Shown here piece after piece: positions 37,533 to 45,956 of a stretch of 64,000 nt of DNA. The number at the start of each line of letters is the position of its first letter. Within the stretch, counting starts at the first letter, position 1. Source of the stretch: a virus (taxonomy: Duplodnaviria; Caudoviricetes); the IMG/VR virus record IMGVR_UViG_3300024259_001623; one strand, written 5' to 3'. The notes below the pieces were generated by a model that worked only from the letters and a program-made list of their open reading frames with translations, did no database searches and was not told the DNA's origin. The position numbers and the translations under genes are program-made.

Positions 37533-38549
37533 CTATTTCTTATATATTTTTAATTTTCCTTTATTAGAAATTTTTCTTACTTTTATTTTTGTTTCAGGAA
37601 AAACACAACCAGGCATCCCAATTGTCATAACTCCTTTAGGAAAAGGCAACCCATATTTAGAAGCTTCAGAACTGAATCCAACCTTTCTTCTTTCTAGCCA
37701 AGTCATCATATTTTTAAGACCACCGACATCCTTGACAGAGAATTTAGGTTCAAAGAACTCTAAAATACCTTTCTTCCTGATAGTCTGCTGCTTTTCTTTC
37801 AAAATACAATTTATATCAAACTTATTGTGAACAACAATGGATTTAGAAAATGCCATTTGAGCATCTACCAGTGTCAATCCATTAGCAGCCTTTACAATTT
37901 CATCTTCATTTTTCTTAGTCTCTTTAGGAAGATTAGGCAACTTATTTTGAGACTGTATTGCATTAACCAATGACCACAAAGCATTTTTTATCTCATTCTC
38001 GTTAGGATATGGAAAATCCAAAACTGATACTATATCTTCTGTAGCAGGCGTAGTAACAAAGAATGGACCTGTCATAACAACATGAGTCATAGACTCAATA
38101 TCAGCAAACGCCTTCAATCTTCTTTCCAAATCCGGTGGAGCATCATCTAAATACCTATGAAAATCTAAAAGGATATATATATTACCAGAAATCCCTTCGT
38201 CTCTGAAATTCTTTATATTAGCTTCATCCTGCTTGGCACTAGATATAATATGTTCAAGAGCGACCAAGGGATCAGTCAAATCCTCAGAAACTCCAACAGC
38301 TTCCTTTTCTGTTATAAGATCCAATAACCCGTTATAGCAATCCCATATAAAAACTTTATAACCTCTTACGGCAGCAAGATGCCTGAAATAAACTTTCAAT
38401 CTCTGCTCTTCCACGCAGGTCAGATAAACCAAAGGAGCGCGACTTCTTAATAGAGCAAGAATATCATTAGTAAAATCTTCTGTTGCCATTGAGTCTAAAG
38501 CTTTTTGATGCTCTTGATCCAACGTTGATGCTTCTTTTTTCTTAGCCAT
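37533..38549 (-). CDS. Ycf46-like AAA ATPase N-terminal fragment fused to 24-aa N-intein
   Basis: LLRSRAPLVY..C.EE.R, ILLDFH, DVGGLKN...WL, PKGVMTIGMPG then CVFPET. Confidence 0.9.
   Translation of the reverse strand: MAKKKEASTLDQEHQKALDSMATEDFTNDILALLRSRAPLVYLTCVEEQRLKVYFRHLAAVRGYKVFIWDCYNGLLDLITEKEAVGVSEDLTDPLVALEHIISSAKQDEANIKNFRDEGISGNIYILLDFHRYLDDAPPDLERRLKAFADIESMTHVVMTGPFFVTTPATEDIVSVLDFPYPNENEIKNALWSLVNAIQSQNKLPNLPKETKKNEDEIVKAANGLTLVDAQMAFSKSIVVHNKFDINCILKEKQQTIRKKGILEFFEPKFSVKDVGGLKNMMTWLERRKVGFSSEASKYGLPFPKGVMTIGMPGCVFPETKIKVRKISNKGKLKIYKK
37536..37607 (-). mobile_element. Split intein N-fragment (24 aa)
   Basis: CVFPETKIKVRKISNKGKLKIYKK: block A start directly after Walker A residues GMPG. 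Confidence 0.85.
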
Positions 38550-38584
38550 GAAAAATCTCCATTTCTTCTTCTATAAAAAATTTA

Positions 38585-39109
38585 TTAAGTCTTAGACACG
38601 TTAGGCAACAACACAGTAGAGATCGTAGAACCTGACATAGAAGGAGCGCTCCATGTGGCGATCTCCGAAAACGGGCTAACAAACTCCTTGAACCTAACCA
38701 TAGCTTCGTCCGACATACTTCTATTTCTTCCCTTTAGTCTCAAAACATACAAAACTTTGTATCCCTTGTCTAGGAATTGTCTTGCCTTTTTATTTTTGAC
38801 TTGCAAATCATGATCGCTTATATTCAAGCCATTAGAAGAGCCATGACCAATGCGTATTTCTTTAGTAACGCTGACATGATGATTCTTTTTTTTGTTTTTC
38901 CCTTCTTTGTACTTCATCTTGCCATAATCAATAATTTTGCATACTGGATTACTTCTATCTTGAGAAAATTGAACTAAATTCAACCCCTCTTCCTCAGCCA
39001 TATTGATAGCGACTTGCTTATCGACTATACCAACATTTTCTCCACTAGACGAAATCAATCTTACGGATTTGCTTTCGATCTGATAATCCACCTTCTTGTT
39101 TTGGACCAT
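38585..39109 (-). CDS. infC: Translation initiation factor IF-3
   Basis: VRLI...G..VG......A...A....L.LV......PVCKIIDYGK.KY, KEIRI, ISDHDL..K...ARQFL.KG.KV, KGR. Confidence 0.92.
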   Translation of the reverse strand: MVQNKKVDYQIESKSVRLISSSGENVGIVDKQVAINMAEEEGLNLVQFSQDRSNPVCKIIDYGKMKYKEGKNKKKNHHVSVTKEIRIGHGSSNGLNISDHDLQVKNKKARQFLDKGYKVLYVLRLKGRNRSMSDEAMVRFKEFVSPFSEIATWSAPSMSGSTISTVLLPNVSKT

Positions 39110-39111
39110 TT

Positions 39112-40038
39112 CTAATTAACTCTCCTTATTTTCCAATTTGGAAATTCATTAAACTTTATTTCTTCGTTAAAACTAAAATCAATACCACACTTTGTCTCAA
39201 AAAACATTTTGAATTCTTTAATATCCTTAAAAACGAAATCACTAGGATATTCAAAATTATTATTAATATCCAAAATATCGTTTAGCACCTTACTTTCTTT
39301 ATTATATATGTCCAACAACGCACATGAAACTTTTTTAAATGCATTTTCTTTAGACATATTTTTTTCCATCATAAAAAAGTTGACTGGAATAATTACGCCA
39401 AAATTCAAAACTAAACTATTAACACTCAAAAGATAAAAATCTTCTACATCAGACAGAGAGACATATACATCTTTTTCTTTTTGAATCTCCTGCTGGTCTT
39501 CGCTAAATTTATCTTTAACATTAGTTTGCTTAACGCTTGCTTTATAATTGTAAGATGATATAAAAGAATCTATAGGACTATATTCTCTCATGTCTCTCAA
39601 CCAAAATTTTGACTTTCTTTCTAAAACATAATAGTCTAACCAATTATTATAGAAATAATCGATATAATCTTTAAGAACGATATTATCACAAAATCCAAAA
39701 TACTCTCTTATAGATTCTTTAATATTACCTAAATATGTAACAACTAAAGTAGATTTCATATCCCAAATTCTGTGATACTTCTCTTTGAATTCACCAGACA
39801 TATATATTGTGAAATCTCTTTGGTTCCAATTTAACAAACTGTCTTTTTTTATAACCCATTGACTCTTGGGAGCTACATATATGTCTTCCCAAGAACTTTT
39901 ACTATTCTCTATTATCTCAACTTCCTGAGATTCAATTTGTTTAAGTCTATTATCCTTTTTATTATTACCAGTTTCAGTTTTCTTTATAGCACTAGATATA
40001 ATAGATTCAACATTCATATTTTTATTCTTCCTTTTCAT
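39112..40038 (-). CDS. Hypothetical protein
   Basis: 308-aa ORF in replication operon; no recognised motif. Confidence 0.65.
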   Translation of the reverse strand: MKRKNKNMNVESIISSAIKKTETGNNKKDNRLKQIESQEVEIIENSKSSWEDIYVAPKSQWVIKKDSLLNWNQRDFTIYMSGEFKEKYHRIWDMKSTLVVTYLGNIKESIREYFGFCDNIVLKDYIDYFYNNWLDYYVLERKSKFWLRDMREYSPIDSFISSYNYKASVKQTNVKDKFSEDQQEIQKEKDVYVSLSDVEDFYLLSVNSLVLNFGVIIPVNFFMMEKNMSKENAFKKVSCALLDIYNKESKVLNDILDINNNFEYPSDFVFKDIKEFKMFFETKCGIDFSFNEEIKFNEFPNWKIRRVN

Positions 40039-40039
40039 T

Positions 40040-41119
40040 CTAATAAGATATTATCAAGAACTCCTTACCAATAGGATTCTTTCTATATTTATACTTGTAA
40101 CCTATGTCAGTTACCTTTACTGTTTTTTTGAAATCTTTTACGATTTTTTTTATTACATCTATACTCTCCCAGCTAGAATCATTATAACTTATTACCCAAC
40201 AAGGTAGATACGATAATCTATCGAGTAGGTCTACAAAATTATTTTTATAATCAGATTTGTTAACAAACTTTTTACTATCTATTTGTCTGTTTTTAGGACA
40301 TGCAAATTCTTCAAAAAAATTATACATATCGTGATAATCACTTTGACTCCCCCCATATGGAGGATCAATATAAACTAAATCCGCTTGAGGTTTTATCTTA
40401 TCTAAAAATTCTATAACATCCAAATTATACGCTTTAGATTTTTCAGATATAACAAAATCATTCTCATTAAAATCAGGCCAAATCATCTTATGCAGATTCA
40501 TAGATTCGCCCCTATTCCTCTTATGGTTTAATCTATGATCTAAGTCTGCAAGAACTTGACCTCTATTAAGACGACCTCCCAGAAAACATCTATCCATTAT
40601 GAATAACTGTATACTTATCATCGCCATACAATATCCGATATCATCTTTATCAGATTCAAATATACTCAAAGCATTTTGTTTAAAATTGTTTAATTCTTCT
40701 GCTTCATCTTGCGTAAATCTATTTATAAATTTTTGACTTATAAATCCATCAGCATTGTTTTTATTATGTATTAAATATTTTCTATCTTCATCGTTCAATA
40801 CATATGAATTGTTTTCAACAAAACATTTTGCGTAGAGAAAGGAACTGTAAAGAATATCATTTGAGATAACTTCTTTTCCAAGAATTTTCATAACCATAGA
40901 AAAGGATGCGCTACCGCTAAAAATATCTAAAACAGAATCAAATTTAATGCCTTCTTTCTTGATTTCTCTGATTATATAATTTAATATTTTTCTCTTATTA
41001 CCTATGTACGGATTTTTAATTCCGTTAATTCTATCACATGCATAATCCAATTGAGATTCAAAAGTTCTTTCACATGATCCGGTATCAAAATTTATTTCTT
41101 CTGGACAAGAAAATTTCAT
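40040..41119 (-). CDS. D12/Dam-like N6-adenine DNA methyltransferase
   Basis: PYIGNKRK, LDIFSGSA, YIDPPY, ISYN. Confidence 0.9.
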   Translation of the reverse strand: MKFSCPEEINFDTGSCERTFESQLDYACDRINGIKNPYIGNKRKILNYIIREIKKEGIKFDSVLDIFSGSASFSMVMKILGKEVISNDILYSSFLYAKCFVENNSYVLNDEDRKYLIHNKNNADGFISQKFINRFTQDEAEELNNFKQNALSIFESDKDDIGYCMAMISIQLFIMDRCFLGGRLNRGQVLADLDHRLNHKRNRGESMNLHKMIWPDFNENDFVISEKSKAYNLDVIEFLDKIKPQADLVYIDPPYGGSQSDYHDMYNFFEEFACPKNRQIDSKKFVNKSDYKNNFVDLLDRLSYLPCWVISYNDSSWESIDVIKKIVKDFKKTVKVTDIGYKYKYRKNPIGKEFLIISY

Positions 41120-41121
41120 TT

Positions 41122-43878
41122 TTATTCTTCTTGTAATTCTTTGATATTAAACTGAGGTTCAGTCTTGTAAATTCTTTTACGAGTATCAGAATGCTTTGTA
41201 AGATATTCACAGTGGTCCTTGAAATCTATAACCAGAGCAGATTCCTTTTTGTAATCGCCGCTCGTAAATGGCCTGAGAACTCGCCCAACCCTCTGTAAGG
41301 CCCTCGTTTTGCTTTTACCACCGCCAGCTAGTATTAACGTGTCTAGGGGCCTACAATCGACTCCTTCATCGAATATAGAGGTAGCTATAGTTATCGCAGC
41401 ATCCCTATCTCTATTTCTCATCTTAGATAGATGGGCTTTTCGCTGCTTCCCAGAATGGACTCCATGCAAAAATGTACTTCCATCTATCATTTCACTTAAT
41501 AAATTACCATGATTAACTTGCTGGCATAATATCAAAATATTTTTACCATTTTCTTCAAAAGATTTAGCCATATTGGCAATATATTCATTTCTAACAGAAT
41601 TTTCTACTATTCCCTGTTTATAATAAGACTGGTAATTAAACAACTTACCAGGCATCCCTTTTCTAATAGGAACAAAATAAATATCGGGCTTGACGAGATA
41701 ACCTCTTTCGATCAAAAAAGAAGCTGATACATTTGCTATTTCTCTTCCGAAACAGGCATCGATTAATATATCATCTCCCTTGTCTCGCATAGGAGTCGCT
41801 GACATACCATACCTATATCTTGCATTACTAGAATAATCAGATATAACTTGACATGTATCTGATGCCCAATGCTGACAATTATGAACTAAAATATCATTAG
41901 CAAAAAAACAATGAGTGTCTTCAACTGTTATGTCATAAACATTATCTGATCCGCAATCTTCGATACTACTTATGCCAACGTAATTTGTATTCCATGTGTT
42001 TAGAGATGTGGTCTTTAACAACTCCGTAGATATTTCCTCTTGCTTCTTTCGATATATACAAGACATAATATTTTTTTTTGTATTTATGGATTGTTGATTT
42101 TCCATATTTGGCATTAAACCAATCAGCGCACAATTCGACTTCTGGTAAAGAAAATCCTTCTGTATGTAATCGTAGGCTATTATGAGTTGCTGAACCATCA
42201 TCTCCGATCCACCAAGCCAAGCCAACAGGTCCGATGAGATCAAGCCACTCTTTATTGACTCGTTTTTTACCATCTTTATATACAATCTTATAAATTCCAG
42301 AAAAACATGACGAACAAGGTGTATAACAAGAAATTGTGGTATCTCCATACCCGCCATTCGGGGATATATAATATTTAGGAGATAATCTGTCAAGAAAATC
42401 TGCCTTATACTTTGCCCAACCTTCTTGACATAACCCATGATTGTACACCAATCTTGGAGTTTTACTTCTTTGTGAAGGAAATGATAAACAAGAATCTCCC
42501 AAAAGTGTGCCAAAAATTGCTTGTGATTCTTTTTTAAGTAATGACAATCCCCACAAGTTATTCCTTTTATCATGTCCATAAATGTATTTTCTGTATTTTT
42601 TTGCCCCTTTATTTTTAATAAATGATTCCAATGATGTATATTTTGGCCGCACTTTTCCTCCGCAGCCGCATTTACATTTCGGAGCATTCTCGACAAACTC
42701 TTGGAAAACTTTTTTCCAATCCTCATTAGATCTTTTTCTGATTTGATGACCGAGGATATACTTTGGGTATCTACTCGGGCTTCGACCAAAGACTTCAATT
42801 TTTCCTCCGCAACCACATCTGCACATGACAAAATCTTGTCTGTTTTTTTTATGTCTCCTGCTTGAACCCATCCTTTCTGCGTTTTTATTAAATGATTTTT
42901 TGTACATTTTATATATCTACCTGAATCTAATACTATTTTAATAATAGAGTGTCTACCCTTATACATAAAATTAGTTATTTTCTTCCATACAACACTAGTT
43001 CCATCAAAACTAAGTATATCCTCTCCAATAAAATTAGAAAGTTCTGACATTTTTTTTCTACCACTTCTTGTGACAACTATAGAATCACCAGTTATGCATT
43101 CATCAGCAATGAATCCCTTTGAAGACATAATAATATCTAAAATGTCTTTACGCCTTTCAGATAAAATATTCTTCTCTGCTTTACTAATTTTCTTTGTTTT
43201 ATCTTCTTCGTCAAATCTGACGTATTTTTTACCACAAGCCAAAACAGCAGTTTGGATTGTCATAATAGTTATATCTTGAACATCAAATTTTCCACCACCG
43301 ACTATACCAACCTTAATAGGAATATTATTATAACGCAAAAACTTTTCAAACTCTTCTTTTGTTTGAGTTAAAAGATCTACAGATGGCACATAAAAAATAA
43401 ATGGAGATATTCCTAGTTCTGCAATAAGACCAGCAGCAATAGAAGTTTTTCCACCACCAGTGGCTACTTTGATAATGCCCCTTTGCATTTTAGAAGCTTG
43501 ATGTATAATAGTCTGCTGATAGTCTCTTGTTTCAAAATCATTAGACATATTCAATGATATATTTTTTGCTACAGGTTCTCTCTCATCGAATATGTCAAAT
43601 GGAACAGAATTTTTTACAAAATGATCTCTAGCTTTATTAAAAAGACCAGTTGGGAAATGCGTTCCATCCTTTTTTATTGCACATTTACAATATTTTTTGC
43701 AATAACAAAGGGTAGACTCTATGCCGTCCCATTTTGCATCGGAGCCTCTGACTTGAAAAATGGCCCCTTCTGGACGGTATCCTAAAAGTTTTCTCAAACC
43801 CTGATAAACATCAGAATCTAATCTTCCCTGAATATAAGTCTTTGTATTGGTTACTAATAATTTTATTTTATTTTTCAT
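41122..43878 (-). CDS. SF2 DExH helicase (UvsW/XPB/RadD-like), intein-containing
   Basis: RDYQ, ATGGGKT, ADE-[intein]-CQH, SATP, ATSIFDEGVD, QRVGRVLR. Confidence 0.92.
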   Translation of the reverse strand: MKNKIKLLVTNTKTYIQGRLDSDVYQGLRKLLGYRPEGAIFQVRGSDAKWDGIESTLCYCKKYCKCAIKKDGTHFPTGLFNKARDHFVKNSVPFDIFDEREPVAKNISLNMSNDFETRDYQQTIIHQASKMQRGIIKVATGGGKTSIAAGLIAELGISPFIFYVPSVDLLTQTKEEFEKFLRYNNIPIKVGIVGGGKFDVQDITIMTIQTAVLACGKKYVRFDEEDKTKKISKAEKNILSERRKDILDIIMSSKGFIADECITGDSIVVTRSGRKKMSELSNFIGEDILSFDGTSVVWKKITNFMYKGRHSIIKIVLDSGRYIKCTKNHLIKTQKGWVQAGDIKKTDKILSCADVVAEEKLKSLVEARVDTQSISSVIKSEKDLMRIGKKFSKSLSRMLRNVNAAAEEKCGQNIHHWNHLLKIKGQKNTENTFMDMIKGITCGDCHYLKKNHKQFLAHFWEILVYHFLHKEVKLQDWCTIMGYVKKVGQSIRQIFLTDYLLNIIYPRMAGMEIPQFLVIHLVRHVFLEFIRLYIKMVKNESIKSGLISSDLLAWLGGSEMMVQQLIIAYDYIQKDFLYQKSNCALIGLMPNMENQQSINTKKNIMSCIYRKKQEEISTELLKTTSLNTWNTNYVGISSIEDCGSDNVYDITVEDTHCFFANDILVHNCQHWASDTCQVISDYSSNARYRYGMSATPMRDKGDDILIDACFGREIANVSASFLIERGYLVKPDIYFVPIRKGMPGKLFNYQSYYKQGIVENSVRNEYIANMAKSFEENGKNILILCQQVNHGNLLSEMIDGSTFLHGVHSGKQRKAHLSKMRNRDRDAAITIATSIFDEGVDCRPLDTLILAGGGKSKTRALQRVGRVLRPFTSGDYKKESALVIDFKDHCEYLTKHSDTRKRIYKTEPQFNIKELQEE
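41878..43098 (-). mobile_element. Intein (407 aa) inserted in helicase motif II
   Basis: CITGDS start, block B KCTKNH, block F VYDITVED, block G NDILVHN, Cys+1; central about 290 aa has no endonuclease motifs in this frame. Confidence 0.92.
41966..42907 (-). mobile_element. LAGLIDADG homing endonuclease nested in an alternative frame inside the helicase intein
   Basis: Same strand, -1 frame; CxCGCG twice, IFGTLLGDSCL, L.P.GLAWWIGDDGS, LHTEGFS. Confidence 0.88.
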
Positions 43879-44147
43879 AAACTAGCTTTTGGTATTTCTT
43901 CTTTAACTTTTCTTAGTTTCTTCTTTTGTTTCCACATTTTTTTGATAGCAGATGCAGTATCGCTATTATCTGGATCATTAAAAATAGTGACCCCTTGCTC
44001 ATTATTATCTCTATTGACGAATCCTGGTTGATCTCCAACATCACCTGGAGTCCCCCTATTCGTTTGGTTAAAAGACATTTTTATAAAACTATCAGTCCGC
44101 AGTACTTTCATTAACTTTTGAATCCCCGTATTTAACCATTTTTTCAC
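43875..44147 (-). CDS. Hypothetical protein
   Basis: Short ORF; true start probably downstream of the overlap with 44092..44325. Confidence 0.45.
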   Translation of the reverse strand: MKKWLNTGIQKLMKVLRTDSFIKMSFNQTNRGTPGDVGDQPGFVNRDNNEQGVTIFNDPDNSDTASAIKKMWKQKKKLRKVKEEIPKASL

Positions 44148-44325
44148 TAGATGAATTCTTTTCTTCTGTTTCTTCTAACATTGACGCAAGATACCCTAGT
44201 TTTTGGTATACGCCAAGAATCTTATTATAAGCTAGGGTCACTTTGCCATTATTCATTAAATTCATAGCACCTTTAACTTTGATCATTGTTTTTATGAGTT
44301 GTTCTCTTACGATTTTTTCTTCCAT
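44092..44325 (-). CDS. Hypothetical protein
   Basis: 77-aa ORF with GGAG RBS. Confidence 0.55.
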   Translation of the reverse strand: MEEKIVREQLIKTMIKVKGAMNLMNNGKVTLAYNKILGVYQKLGYLASMLEETEEKNSSSEKMVKYGDSKVNESTAD

Positions 44326-44338
44326 TTTTCATCTCCTT

Positions 44339-45430
44339 TTACCAAACTCTATCGGAACTAAGGTTTTTTTCTATTAGCTTAATATCTTCAGGCTTAGTCT
44401 CTTCAGATCTAACTCTTAATAAAGCTTCATATGTAAGACCTTCTCTTCCTTTTTCTTTTCTTTTCTTTTCGATTTTATCCCATAAAGCCTTATGAATAGG
44501 CTCCAATGCTGTATACGTACTCCAATCAGACCCTCTAACAGGCTCAAGTAGCCTTTCTATAACGCCCAAGAACCACCATGTTGAATTTAATCCATCTGAA
44601 AAAGCAGACGAATTGCCCAATTGTTCGCGTTGTGCCGTTTTTGTGTCAGATATCGTTTTTTCAATATCATTACTAATTCCAGCTATGTATTCCAATATAA
44701 CCACAAAATCTTCATATTCTTCATCTTTATCATTGAAACATAACTTAGCTGCTCCAAGCAACTTTTCTCTAGCATTAGATTCTAAAACCGATTTCAAAAC
44801 ATCTTTACAATTCAGACCATGAATCTCAATACCACTTTTGACTAAACAAGCCATTTTACAAGGCTTATATGACACATCTGCATTCAAAAATATAACTTGA
44901 TCTTCCCTATAAATATCATCATTAGAATCATCAATCACATCATCAACAACTAAAGAGGTATCTACATAGGGAGAATTATATAATACAATTTCATAATTAG
45001 TGAAAGTGATATCATTTAAAGGACAAATTATATCATTCAAAATTATCCATAACATCGGATACTGATATATTCTCTGTATAACAGGCTTTTCCAATTTTTC
45101 TAGAACAACATCACTTCCATATAGAACATTTCTCAAAAAATTAGCTATAGAAACCAAAACTTCTACCTTTTGGTTATCATTTACGAAAACTTCTGTTCCA
45201 CAAATCAAATTAAAATTATTTAAATAGACACTTACGATATTATATACAGATTCAGGCATATTTTCAGTCTTTTTGCAAATAATTTTTCCGTCCTCAAATT
45301 TAGATTCTTCCATGTTTAAATCTGTTTGATTGCAGAATCGAACTTCTAAATCTACAAAAGGACATTCAACGGCGTTACATGCTGCCTGTAATATACTTGT
45401 AGCTAAACTAAAATCACTTACTTTATACAT
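44339..45430 (-). CDS. Hypothetical protein
   Basis: 363-aa ORF; no recognised motif. Confidence 0.65.
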   Translation of the reverse strand: MYKVSDFSLATSILQAACNAVECPFVDLEVRFCNQTDLNMEESKFEDGKIICKKTENMPESVYNIVSVYLNNFNLICGTEVFVNDNQKVEVLVSIANFLRNVLYGSDVVLEKLEKPVIQRIYQYPMLWIILNDIICPLNDITFTNYEIVLYNSPYVDTSLVVDDVIDDSNDDIYREDQVIFLNADVSYKPCKMACLVKSGIEIHGLNCKDVLKSVLESNAREKLLGAAKLCFNDKDEEYEDFVVILEYIAGISNDIEKTISDTKTAQREQLGNSSAFSDGLNSTWWFLGVIERLLEPVRGSDWSTYTALEPIHKALWDKIEKKRKEKGREGLTYEALLRVRSEETKPEDIKLIEKNLSSDRVW

Positions 45431-45918
45431 TATGATTCTCTTTTACCCCTATTTTGTAAATATTCTTTTCTGCCATCTCTTTTATATTGCTCTATTGTTT
45501 CTGTAGAAAAACCCATAGCAGTCAATAAATCATCACCAGAAGAACATTTTTTCAAGAAATCTTTCATTTCTAGGACTTCTGCGTCTTGTATTTTACTTTT
45601 TGTAGCTTTTTTATTTGCCCTGCCAGTTTTTTTACTAGTTTTGTCATTCCTTTCTCCATCAGGACCAGTATATTCATCTAACATACTCATAACAAAATCT
45701 TCAACTGTCATAAAATCTAATTCGACAAATACTCTATTTTCGCATTTTTCGCAATCATATTCAAAAAAGAATACACTTTTATCTTTATATTTTGTACTCA
45801 TTCTAATACCTACACCTACTACTCTATCCCTTACCATAGTAACGGTACAATGAGGACAACTATACTTTTCTATACTTTGTTTAAGCCAATCTGGGATTTC
45901 TACCATAATAATCTCCAA
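45430..45918 (-). CDS. Zinc-ribbon-containing hypothetical protein
   Basis: CPHC...CEKC. Confidence 0.6.
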   Translation of the reverse strand: MEIIMVEIPDWLKQSIEKYSCPHCTVTMVRDRVVGVGIRMSTKYKDKSVFFFEYDCEKCENRVFVELDFMTVEDFVMSMLDEYTGPDGERNDKTSKKTGRANKKATKSKIQDAEVLEMKDFLKKCSSGDDLLTAMGFSTETIEQYKRDGRKEYLQNRGKRES

Positions 45919-45956
45919 TATATAAATACTAATTAATAATAAAAAATCCTTGGCGA

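Noticed and set aside
24666-43098. Both contiguous inteins are exactly 407 codons (1221 bp)
   Set aside because: Their sequences and internal organisation differ; treated as coincidence.
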